This document shows positions 11,878 to 22,050 of a stretch of 64,000 nucleotides of DNA, piece by piece (the first letter of the stretch is position 1; each line of letters begins with the position of its first letter). Source of the stretch: Antedon mediterranea (Eukaryota > Animalia > Echinodermata). The notes beneath the pieces were generated by a model. That model saw only the letters and a program-made list of their open reading frames with translations. It had not been told where the DNA came from and searched no databases. A program made the position numbers and the translations under genes. The DNA lies in the NCBI RefSeq assembly GCF_964355755.1, contig NC_092679.1:15173432-15237431 (forward strand), given 5' to 3'.

Positions 11878-11979
11878 TATTTTTAGACATTCATAATGTA
11901 TAGTTTAATATAATCATTTTTCCAGCAAACTTATCATAATTTGATAAGCTGTGTTTTTTTTTATATTATAACTCGAAAT

Positions 11980-12061
11980 GTAGTCGTGGCCGAGCGGTTA
12001 AGGCGATAGACTAGAAATCTATTGGGGTCTCCCCGCGCAGGTTCGAATCCTGCCGACTACG
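11980..12061 (+). tRNA. trnS: tRNA-Ser(AGA)
   Basis: Consensus copy. Confidence 0.95.
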
Positions 12062-12155
12062 TAATTTTAGAAATTCATTATGTATAGTTTAATATTTTTT
12101 TCCAGCAAACTTATTATAATTTGATAAGCTGTTTTGTTATTACATAACTCGAAAT

Positions 12156-12237
12156 GTAGTCGTGGCCGAGCGGTTAAGGCGATAGACTAGAAATCTATTG
12201 GGGTCTCCCCGCGCAGGTTCGAATCCTGCCGACTACG
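12156..12237 (+). tRNA. trnS: tRNA-Ser(AGA)
   Basis: Consensus copy. Confidence 0.95.
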
Positions 12238-12337
12238 TACTTTTTAGAAATTCATAATGTAGGATAGTTTAATATATTTTGCCAGCAAACTTATTATAAT
12301 TTGATAAGCTGTTTTGTTATATATTATAAATCGACAT

Positions 12338-12419
12338 GTAGTCGCGGCCGAGCGGTTAAGGCGATAGGCTAAAAATCTATTGGGGTCTCCCCGCGCAGGT
12401 TCAAATCCTGCCGACTACG
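12338..12419 (+). tRNA. tRNA-Ser body with AAA (Phe-reading) anticodon
   Basis: Anticodon AAA at 12371-12373; also T8C, A31G and T-loop TTCAAAT. Confidence 0.75.
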
Positions 12420-12515
12420 TAATTTTAGAAATTCATAATGTATAGTTTAATATATTTTTCCAGCAAAGTTATTATAATTTGATAAGCTGTTTTGTTATAT
12501 ACTATAACTCGAATT

Positions 12516-12597
12516 GTAGTCGTGGCCGAGCGGTTAAGGCGATAGACTAGAAATCTATTGGGGTCTCCCCGCGCAGGTTCGAATCCTGCCGACTACG
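12516..12597 (+). tRNA. trnS: tRNA-Ser(AGA)
   Basis: Consensus copy. Confidence 0.95.
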
Positions 12598-12694
12598 TAT
12601 TTTTAGAAATTCATAATAATATAGTTTAATATATTTTTCCAGCAAACTTATTATAATTTGACAAGCTGTTTTGTTATATATTATAACTCGAAAT

Positions 12695-12776
12695 GTAGTC
12701 GTGGCCGAGCGGTTAAGGCGATATACTAGAAATCTATTGGGCTCTACCCGCGCAGGTTCGAATCCTGCCGACTACG
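12695..12776 (+). tRNA. trnS: tRNA-Ser(AGA) variant
   Basis: Same variant as 10714. Confidence 0.7.
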
Positions 12777-12874
12777 AACTACTTTTTAGAAATTCATAAT
12801 GTATAGTTTAATATATTTTACCAGCAAACTTAATATAATTTGATAAGCTGTTTTGTTATTTTAGGACTCGAAAT

Positions 12875-12956
12875 GTAGTCGTGGCCGAGCGGTTAAGGCG
12901 ATAGACTAGAAATCTATTGGGGTCTCCCCGCGCAGGTTCGAATCCTGCCGACTACG
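12875..12956 (+). tRNA. trnS: tRNA-Ser(AGA)
   Basis: Consensus copy. Confidence 0.95.
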
Positions 12957-13049
12957 TATTTTTAGATATTCATAATGTTTAGTTTAATATTTTTTCTAGC
13001 AAACTTATTATAATTTAATAAGCTGTTTTGTTATTACATAAGTCGGAAT

Positions 13050-13131
13050 GTAGTCGTGGCCGAGCGGTTAAGGCGATAGACTAGAAATCTATTGGGGTCT
13101 CCCCGCGCAGGTTCGAATCCTGCTGACTACG
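13050..13131 (+). tRNA. trnS: tRNA-Ser(AGA) variant
   Basis: G7-U wobble in the acceptor stem. Confidence 0.88.
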
Positions 13132-13232
13132 TATTTTTAGACATTCATAATGTATAGTTTAATATAATTATTTTTCCAGCAAACTTATTATAATTTGATA
13201 AGCTTTGTTTTTTTTATATTATAACTCGAAAT

Positions 13233-13314
13233 GTAGTCGTGGCCGAGCGGTTAAGGCGATAGACTAGAAATCTATTGGGGTCTCCCCCCGCAGGTTCGAA
13301 TCCTGCCGACTACG
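13233..13314 (+). tRNA. trnS: tRNA-Ser(AGA) variant
   Basis: Same variant as 11252. Confidence 0.85.
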
Positions 13315-13417
13315 TATTTTTAGACATTCATAATGTATAGTTTAATATAATTATTTTTCCAGCAAACTTATTATAATTTGATAAGCTGTGTTTTTTTTTT
13401 ATATTTTAACTCGAAAT

Positions 13418-13499
13418 GTAGTCGTGGCCGAGCGGTTAAGGCGATAGACTAGAAATCTATTGGGGTCTCCCCGCGCAGGTTCGAGTCCTGCCGACTATG
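13418..13499 (+). tRNA. trnS: tRNA-Ser(AGA) variant
   Basis: T-loop A>G; G1-U72. Confidence 0.8.
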
Positions 13500-13600
13500 T
13501 ATTTTTAGACATTCATAATGTATAGTTTAATATAATTATTTTTCCAGCAAACTTATTATAATTTGATAAGCTGTGTTTTTTTTAAATTATAACTCGAAAT

Positions 13601-13682
13601 GTAGTCGTGGCCGAGCGGTTAAGGCGATAGACTAGAAATCTATTGGGGTCTCCCCGCGCAGGTTCGAATCCTGCCGACTACG
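13601..13682 (+). tRNA. trnS: tRNA-Ser(AGA)
   Basis: Consensus copy. Confidence 0.95.
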
Positions 13683-13780
13683 TACTTTTTAGAAATTCAT
13701 AATGTAGGATAGTTTAATATATTTTGCCAGCAAACTTATTATAATTTGATAAGCTGTTTTGTTATTACATAACTCGAAAT

Positions 13781-13862
13781 GTAGTCGTGGCCGAGCGGTT
13801 AAGGCGATAGACTAGAAATCTATTGGGGTCTCCCCGCGCAGGTTCGAATCCTGCCGACTACG
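13781..13862 (+). tRNA. trnS: tRNA-Ser(AGA)
   Basis: Consensus copy. Confidence 0.95.
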
Positions 13863-13962
13863 TACTTTTTAGAAATTCATAATGTAGGATAGTTTAATAT
13901 ATTTTGCCAGCAAACTTATTATAATTTGATAAGCTGTTTTGTTATATATTATAAATCGACAT

Positions 13963-14044
13963 GTAGTCGCGGCCGAGCGGTTAAGGCGATAGGCTAAAAA
14001 TCTATTGGGGTCTCCCCGCGCAGGTTCAAATCCTGCCGACTACG
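13963..14044 (+). tRNA. tRNA-Ser body with AAA (Phe-reading) anticodon
   Basis: Identical to 12338-12419; anticodon AAA at 13996-13998. Confidence 0.75.
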
Positions 14045-14140
14045 TAATTTTAGAAATTCATAATGTATAGTTTAATATATTTTTCCAGCAAAGTTATTAT
14101 AATTTGATAAGCTGTTTTGTTATATACTATAACTCGAATT

Positions 14141-14222
14141 GTAGTCGTGGCCGAGCGGTTAAGGCGATAGACTAGAAATCTATTGGGGTCTCCCCGCGCA
14201 GGTTCGAATCCTGCCGACTACG
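14141..14222 (+). tRNA. trnS: tRNA-Ser(AGA)
   Basis: Consensus copy. Confidence 0.95.
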
Positions 14223-14319
14223 TATTTTTAGAAATTCATAATAATATAGTTTAATATATTTTTCCAGCAAACTTATTATAATTTGACAAGCTGTTTTGTT
14301 ATATATTATAACTCGAAAT

Positions 14320-14401
14320 GTAGTCGTGGCCGAGCGGTTAAGGCGATATACTAGAAATCTATTGGGCTCTACCCGCGCAGGTTCGAATCCTGCCGACTAC
14401 G
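14320..14401 (+). tRNA. trnS: tRNA-Ser(AGA) variant
   Basis: Same variant as 10714 and 12695. Confidence 0.7.
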
Positions 14402-14499
14402 AACTACTTTTTAGAAATTCATAATGTATAGTTTAATATATTTTACCAGCAAACTTAATATAATTTGATAAGCTGTTTTGTTATTTTAGGACTCGAAAT

Positions 14500-14581
14500 G
14501 TAGTCGTGGCCGAGCGGTTAAGGCGATAGACTAGAAATCTATTGGGGTCTCCCCGCGCAGGTTCGAATCCTGCCGACTACG
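14500..14581 (+). tRNA. trnS: tRNA-Ser(AGA)
   Basis: Consensus copy. Confidence 0.95.
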
Positions 14582-14674
14582 TATTTTTAGATATTCATAA
14601 TGTTTAGTTTAATATTTTTTCTAGCAAACTTATTATAATTTAATAAGCTGTTTTGTTATTACATAAGTCGGAAT

Positions 14675-14756
14675 GTAGTCGTGGCCGAGCGGTTAAGGCG
14701 ATAGACTAGAAATCTATTGGGGTCTCCCCGCGCAGGTTCGAATCCTGCTGACTACG
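14675..14756 (+). tRNA. trnS: tRNA-Ser(AGA) variant
   Basis: Same variant as 13050. Confidence 0.88.
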
Positions 14757-14857
14757 TATTTTTAGACATTCATAATGTATAGTTTAATATAATTATTTTT
14801 CCAGCAAACTTATTATAATTTGATAAGCTGTGTTTTTTTTATATTATAACTCGAAAT

Positions 14858-14939
14858 GTAGTCGTGGCCGAGCGGTTAAGGCGATAGACTAGAAATCTAT
14901 TGGGGTCTCCCCGCGCAGGTTCGAATCCTGCCGACTACG
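14858..14939 (+). tRNA. trnS: tRNA-Ser(AGA)
   Basis: Consensus copy. Confidence 0.95.
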
Positions 14940-15040
14940 TATTTTTAGACATTCATAATGTATAGTTTAATATAATTATTTTTCCAGCAAACTTATTATA
15001 ATTTGATAAGCTGTGTTTTTTTTATAGTATAACTCGGAAT

Positions 15041-15122
15041 GTAGTCGTGGCCGAGCGGTTAAGGCGATAGACTAGAAATCTGTTGGGGTCTCCCCGCGCA
15101 GGTTCGAGTCCTGCCGACTACG
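15041..15122 (+). tRNA. trnS: tRNA-Ser(AGA) variant
   Basis: U-G wobble in the anticodon stem; T-loop A>G. Confidence 0.85.
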
Positions 15123-15223
15123 TATTTTTAGACATTCATAATGTATAGTTTAATATAATTATTTTTCCAGCAAACTTATTATAGTTTGATAAGCTGTGTT
15201 TTTTTTATATTATAACTCGAAAT

Positions 15224-15305
15224 GTAGTCGTGGCCGAGCGGTTAAGGCGATAGACTAGAAATCTATTGGGGTCTCCCCGCGCAGGTTCGAATCCTGCCGA
15301 CTACG
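15224..15305 (+). tRNA. trnS: tRNA-Ser(AGA)
   Basis: Consensus copy. Confidence 0.95.
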
Positions 15306-15406
15306 TATTTTTAGATATTCATAATGTATAGTTTAATATAATTATATTTCCAGCAAACTTATTATAATTTGATAAGATGTGTTTTTTTTAAATTATAACT
15401 CGAAAT

Positions 15407-15488
15407 GTAGTCGTGGCCGAGCGGTTAAGGCGATAGACTAGAAATCTATTGGGGTCTCCCCGCGCAGGTTCGAATCCTGCCGACTACG
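15407..15488 (+). tRNA. trnS: tRNA-Ser(AGA)
   Basis: Consensus copy. Confidence 0.95.
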
Positions 15489-15584
15489 TATTTTTAGATA
15501 TTCATAATGTTTAGTTTAATATATTTTTCCACCAAACTTATTATAATTTAATAAGCTGTTTTGTTATATATTATACCTCCGAAT

Positions 15585-15666
15585 GTAGTCGTGGCCGAGC
15601 GGTTAAGGCAATAGACTAGAAATCTATTGGGGTCTCCCCGCGCAGGTTCGAATCCTGCCGACTATG
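15585..15666 (+). tRNA. trnS: tRNA-Ser(AGA) variant
   Basis: G26A; G1-U72. Confidence 0.82.
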
Positions 15667-15821
15667 AACGTTTTTCAGCTTCTAAATTAATTAACATATC
15701 GTGTAAGACTACAGTTATAAAAATTATATCTCTATTCTAGTATAGAATACAGTATTAAGTCAAGAATGTGCAGTTTTAATATTTAAATCTGTTATCATTG
15801 TCACAAGTAGTACATTAGTTT

Positions 15822-16148
15822 GATTGATTGTATTGATTGAAATATATATTTATACTGGGTAACCTCTTCAGTCAAAGACTGGTCTCCCAGAGGGCCCAGT
15901 TGGTGATCAGTGGCTGTGATGTACTAATACACCGGGGTAACCCCCTACTCGTCTCGAAAGATGTACTAGGTTCTTTAAAGTGCACACGAGCTAGATGTGT
16001 ACACTGGACCTACGGTTTATAGTCCTTATCCGAGAAGACTCGTTCTACCACCAGAACCATGGAGTGAGTGAGCCTCGAACCCATGCCGATGTTATGGCTA
16101 CGTAATTACGGTTCCACTGTCTTAACCGCTCGGCCACTCACTCACTCA
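15822..16148 (-). mobile_element. tRNA-derived SINE with Deu/Nin-like central domain
   Basis: On the minus strand: A box TGGCCGAGCGG, B box GGTTCGAGGC, body CTTCTCGGATAAGGACTATAAACCGTAGGTCC...TTAAAGAACC...GAGTAGGGGGTTACCCCGGTG resembling the Deu/Nin core from memory, and a (TCAA)n tail. Confidence 0.8.
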
Positions 16149-17990
16149 TTTTTGCTTTTCTTTGTAGGTTATATTTCCTATCATAGGCATGTCATATTGT
16201 TGTATATGTATACTTACTTTCTGTACAATGATGATAAAGTATTATATACTCAATACTAAGTTATGAGCACTGTAGGTAGATCATAAAAGGTTTGTTACCT
16301 AATCTTGAAGGGGGCTATAATAAAATAGTTCAAAATCAAAATGTCGCCCTCTCTTTAATCTGATGACTGAAAATTAATAATAGTTGGAAGATTCGATAAC
16401 TTGCTATAGCCTGAAAATAACGTAATAGTTAAAAATAAAATTTGAACAATCTATGATAATTTTATGATAGAAATGTGTAAAACGTATGTGTACAGTGACG
16501 ATGAAAATGAATATAGGCCTATAATCAGTAATTGTTTTATCTTCGTCTGAAAAACGGTACAATGCTTGGTTCCAACTTAGAGATGTATATATTGGGATGA
16601 GAACGATAAGCTGCGGCGTACAAACGGCAATTTTTATCACCTTTCCAACGCGCGCGTATTAAAGTTGTTTCTGTTTATACAACCGTGGTTATTAAAGTTA
16701 ATTCTGTGTATAGCGGCAGTGCAGTGGCGATTACTAATTCAATATTGGTTTTACTTTTACCTTTATACAAAAGCTCATGTATAAATTATAGTAAACAATT
16801 ATACTTAGCACTTTTAACTTTGGCCTAGTAGGCTACAACATTGCTTCCATTTAACCAATGTCATTGACCAACACTGATACATTTTATTGTTTCAAAACAA
16901 ACATAATTATTGAAATAAAGCGAAGTAACTTGCAGATAACCGAAGCGCAAACAAACGTCTGATGTGGCGTTGCGTATGCTAATTAGGACAGCGGTATGCT
17001 AATGAGCTGGGTGGCGGTATTTATTCTGTGTAATGTGTGGCATGATGTGTTTGAACAGCTAGTTTAGTGGACAAGCTGAATAAAGCTATCACGGTAAATT
17101 ACATGTTGTGTTAGTATGTCCGTGTTTACCCATTAAGTTGAACTGATTTATTGTATAGGCGTTCCATAGTTTATGGCGAACGTATGATATGTAGAATACA
17201 CAATTTATATTTATAAAGACTGCAGTGATCTCCCCGTGCTGCGTTTTATAGGCCTTTATTTATAAGGCCTAAGCATAGTTTATTATGTTGTTACTAAATA
17301 AGAATCAGCTCGATTTTGTGGGGAGGGCCCAAAAATAAAAAAAAAAGCTGAACGTATGTCATATCTTTCGCATTGACAATTTCGAAATCCGTGATATGAC
17401 GCCTTCTTCTTCACCCATTGTTTGTAAAACAATTGATCACTCACTGATATAATAGCAGTAATAAGTTACACACTATGTATAGAATCATTTTGGGGTTTGA
17501 GTTGTTTGGTTTCTCGCCTACCTTATCATTATGAATGTTCATGCTACAATCAGTTTGTTGTCTAATAACATAACACTGTATTAAGGAATTTGCCTACAGT
17601 ATATACATGATTAGGCCTAAGTAAGATTTCACTTTTTAGGTGATCATTTAGAATAAAATGATCACCTATTGTTATTGTATGAAATCTTTATTATTATTAT
17701 TTTTTTTTCTTTTTATTGTTTCTGTACACTATTTTGTGTAACAATTATCTCAAAAAGTTTAATGTCAATGATTACCAAAATTTCATTTTAAACAAATTTT
17801 TTTTTTATTCAGAAAATGAAATAATGGTGTCATCTTTTCCCAATAAAGCCATGTAGTAAGCAACAATTGACATGACCAGGCGTGGCACACAACGTAAGTA
17901 AATGATTTTTTAAAACTTTCCGAAGGTAGTTGTTCACAAAATAGATTGCGTTTTATCTGCAACAAATTATCTGCACGGTTTCGTTATCTA

Positions 17991-18123
17991 AAGCTCTGTC
18001 TACAATGCAAACTAGTTTGACGAAAAAGGTGTGATGTACCTAATTATGGTATATGACGTCATCGTTTCCATATAATTATGATATTTTTTGTCACGTAGAG
18101 TTTGACAGTGTAAACAGAGATTT
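17991..18123. mobile_element. MITE family AGCTCTGTCTACAC, copy 1 (inverted relative to the others)
   Basis: Degenerate TIRs; body homologous to the copies at 18208, 37693 and 46364. Confidence 0.7.
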
Positions 18124-18207
18124 AAGGGTGACAAAATATGCTCCACCACTTTTTATTGAATTATATAAAACATTTTTATATACTACTGTACTGTCAACAA
18201 TGCTCTA

Positions 18208-18358
18208 AAGCTCAAACTTTATGTGACAAAAATGTGATGGGCCCATATATGGACATGATGATGTCATATCATTACCTTATTTGGGCATATCACTACCATA
18301 TAATTTACGGACATCATACTTTTTTTTTTCAAACTAGTCTGATAGTGTAGACAGAGCT
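18208..18358. mobile_element. MITE family AGCTCTGTCTACAC, copy 2
   Basis: Body CCATATATGGACATGATGATGTCATATCA; 3' TIR GATAGTGTAGACAGAGCT. Confidence 0.75.
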
Positions 18359-19145
18359 TAACGTAAAAACAATATGCACATATGAGATAACTATCAACCG
18401 ATGGAGCGGAAACGTCTTTCATTGAAAAATATTAAGATGAAACTTTATGAGTATTTCTATTTTCTTGTGTTATGAAATATTCATCAAATATAGAACAACA
18501 CATATTCGTTACACGTTATAAATTATATTTCATTTAATTATTATCGTTTACTTTATCATTTTGTTTGTGATTCGTGATTCAAGGAAAAAATTGCGGTGTT
18601 ATCTATATTTCTATGTTTTTGTATGACAACGTGATGACGACATAAGTTTGAATATTGTTAATAATTGTGCCTACAAAGATTGTTATCAAAATAGTCCGTT
18701 GGGATTCAACTCATGTAAGTTGAAGGTGGTGTACACGGCACCCCGTTAATGATTCAGAGTTCGAGGAGAGTGAACATATAATATGCCATTCAATCTTCGT
18801 AGTAGTACAAGAAGACTGGTACAATGCAACGGCAATAAGTTTGATTCGTTCCTCCTTTATTTACAACAACAATGGCCTGTTTCAAAATACATAACAACCC
18901 GATATGCCAGTACCAGCAATGGTTGATAAATATACCGTTATGCATTACGTCATTCTATTATTAATCACGCATGACGAGTAACTAGCGCCATCACAGAAAC
19001 ATCACATAATAATTTGTGAAATGAGTCACATGAGAATTTTCTCAAACAGGCTTCTCAAATAACTGCTGAATATTATTTTATTAAGCCTGATTAACTACAA
19101 AACTTAATTAAGAAGAGAAAATTTCGAATTCATGGCATTGAATTT

Positions 19146-19205
19146 AAATCAGGGAAGAGTGAAATTAAACCAGGGAAGAGTGAAATTATCACTCTTCCCT
19201 GGTTT
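19146..19205. repeat. Short inverted/tandem CAGGGAAGAGTGAAATT element
   Basis: Two direct copies, then the inverted TCACTCTTCCCTGGTTT. Confidence 0.6.
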
Positions 19206-19660
19206 GATTCATTTTTTTGTTCATAGTAAATGCAGAATTTAATATATTGCAATTTCATTTCAATATGAACTTATTATTTGATATTGTAAGGTTCAGCAAT
19301 GTATTTTACTGGTTTATATTCTGTGTCACGTGTTTTCATTATGTGAACGTTGGTTATTATGTCACTACGTTGACCACTGAGAAGCCTACTTATTATACAG
19401 TAGTACAGTTATAGGACGGATAGCCTACGGTACTACATTATCAATATTGAGGTTTTCTCTGTGTGGACATTACAATCTACTCGATTGCCTAAAGCTCTTT
19501 TAGAGGGTCTTTTCAATAGGAATAATCAATTTTCAAGTACCCGATCAAGTGTTAGATTTTCATTGACGGAGTACCATAGTTTAGTTAACAATTCACAAGT
19601 ACAGACTATATCTATCTATATACTCCAGGATAACATGTACAGCACGTATTAATTCATTTA

Positions 19661-19953
19661 AGCCTGGTTTCCATAAAATCGCTACACCGTTTCCATTGAA
19701 ATCGCTACACGCGCAAATGTCGCCGACGCGCATTGGGGAGGTCTCCCCGATTCATCGCAGACAAATCGGCAAAGTTCAACCATGTTCAACTTTGCCGATT
19801 TTGTCGGCGATTAGTCGTATACGCGTGTACCAAAGAATATTTAGCGCTCGCGTACTAGATCCCCGATAAATTCTAGCGTTTCCATAGAATCGCTACGCTC
19901 TGTCGGCGACAGCAGTCGGCGACACGGTGTAGCGATTTTATGGAAACCAGGCT
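19661..19953. mobile_element. MITE, PIF/Harbinger-like
   Basis: ~30-bp perfect TIR AGCCTGGTTTCCATAAAATCGCTACACCGT, TTA on both sides, palindromic centre. Confidence 0.85.
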
Positions 19954-21338
19954 TTATGTGTTGGTGGTTACCGGTGATAGGCTGCACTTACGCATTGTAT
20001 ATTCTGTTAAAAATAAAAACACTACAACGTCCAGATTGAACAGCGAAGTAGGTCCCGCACAGTGATACATTGAAACTGGAATACAGAATTTCATAGGGAC
20101 TTTTAAATTAAAAGGAAGTTAGAAATAAGTTGCTTCTGTCATGCCCTTTAAATGTGAACATTGTCTTATTTTGGTTGTCACCAAGTCTGGCAATTTGTTG
20201 TATTTCTGAAAACATCTTTAGTATAGATACCTATCAGGGTTTTTAGCAATCATATGCATGAGTTTGACTCTTTATTTTTTCGTCTTCATTTTGCTTTTCG
20301 TTTCGTCAATTTGAGTCCAGCTAAAAATAAATACTGCATACATCCTTCTTCCTGGCTAGAGTTAGGCCTTTACATAATATGCCTAATAGTTGTTTGAAAG
20401 GTGTGTGTGTGGTACTGCTGGTTGCGGGGCAGAATGGCCTAGAAACCTGTATGATTTTTAAACAAAATAAGAAAACAATATTAGGCCTAAAGAAAAATGT
20501 GTCATACATTGTTAACACAGTAGTTCTTATTATCCTGTAATGTGTGTACTAATCAATAGGCCCTATGTACCATACAAACTAAAATTAGAAAAATTTAAAC
20601 CATAAAACAACCGATTATCCTATTCTTTTCTGCTGTAATTATAGGGAATTAGGCCTAATTAAAATAAAGTGATAGAATATATTTTTTTAGAAGTTTTTTT
20701 TAAATTTTTACTTATTGAAAAGAACGAAAATATGATCTATCTATTGTAATGTGACAATTGGTGAAGTGGAAACAAGTTATTTTTTGTTGAATGCTCTCCA
20801 CAATTACACTACTTGACTTTGTAGTCAATATAATGAACTTGTTTAATTCACTATCTTCTAATTCCAAAACCCTACAACACTTTGCAGTCGAACTGCTTGA
20901 TTGCGAAAACTAATAATATTGGCGCGAATTGCCTGCCGGAAAATGTCGCTGCAGTATCTCGATCAGTCAACATTTGCATCATACGCTTGTTAAACATAAA
21001 GTTAAATTCGTTTTTTTTTTATTTCCGTTTCTTTGCTTCCAAGTAATATTATTTACAAGCTTTGAAACAAAGCCCCTCAAGAAATCTACAACTAAATCGA
21101 TATGTTAAGAATATTAATGAAAGTGATGTTAAAAACACAATAACAAATAAGCAAGTCATGTCAAGGGTTGTAGTAGGAACGAACAGTTGAAGGAAGAGAC
21201 ACAACAAACAAGAATTTTAAAAAACACTAATATCTGTTTAAAGAAAGATAATTATTGAATAAAATACAATGCACTAAAATGAATAATAAATAACATTTAT
21301 ACTAGATGAAACAATGAATATAAGAATATTATGATTAA

Positions 21339-21529
21339 AGGGCCTTTCACACCTGCTCCGGCACGGTTCCGGTCCGGCGACGGCAAATCCAATCGAACAT
21401 CAATGTTTCGTTTTTACGCGGCTACGCGCATATCGATTGGTGCTTGGCCGCGTGGAGCGTCATGAAAACGAAACATTGGCGTTCGATTCGCCGGACCGGA
21501 ACCGTGCCGGAACAGGTGTGAAAGGCCCT
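21339..21529. mobile_element. Near-palindromic MITE, PIF/Harbinger-like
   Basis: TIR AGGGCCTTTCACACCTG.TCCGGCACGGTTCCGGTCCGGCGA with TAA on both sides. Confidence 0.85.
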
Positions 21530-21841
21530 TAAGTGTTGTATTGAATAATGGAAATAAAGGTGAGTGAATCTCAAAAAAGACAAATGAAATAGAATTAAAA
21601 ATAGATGTAACTGATAAACGTTTTTGGTCAGGTGAATTTAGAAGAAACATTCTTTTTCATACATTAATTGTATCCGGACCTACCTACAAATTTTGCTTTC
21701 TTACTTGTAGGCCTAAAAAGAAATACACACCATAAAGCCGATTTTGGTTGGATTTAGACTGCGTTACTGTATACAACATCAATAGTAATTCATTTTAATA
21801 GTTTTATTCGTTTCAGAAATATTATAAACTATAAATTGATA

Positions 21842-22050
21842 GAGTGACCAAGCGGCCAAGACACTGTCAAACCTCGGCAATTTTCCGAGAATAGAGAAAA
21901 TGTGTTCTACCACCAGAACGGTGGTAGAACACATTTTCTCTCTTCTCGGAAAAGGAATTACTGGAGGTCCAGTGTACACATGGCTCGTGAACTGAACCCA
22001 GCGTTTTTTGTCGGAAAGAGAGGGGGTTACCCCGGTGCTCTGGTCCACTG
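21842..22050 (+). mobile_element. Degenerate Deu/Nin-like SINE copy with an internal inverted duplication
   Basis: Shares GGTGGTAGAAC, TCTTCTCGGA, GGTCCAGTGTACACAT and AGGGGGTTACCCCGGTG with the 16-kb SINE. Confidence 0.7.

Larger units (their letters stand above)
10615..15666 (+). repeat. Tandem tRNA-Ser array 2 (28 copies, ~175-185-bp unit, higher-order duplications)
   Basis: Same unit, mostly with CTCGAAAT before and GTATTTTT after. Variant units recur at 10714, 12695 and 14320. Confidence 0.97.

Noticed and set aside
12338-12419. Calling the AAA copies tRNA-Phe
   Set aside because: The body has the Ser long variable arm and G73 and differs from the Ser consensus at only four positions.
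6001-15666. CRISPR-like repeat-spacer appearance
   Set aside because: The repeats are 82-nt eukaryotic tRNAs, the spacers are homologous to each other, and there are no cas genes.
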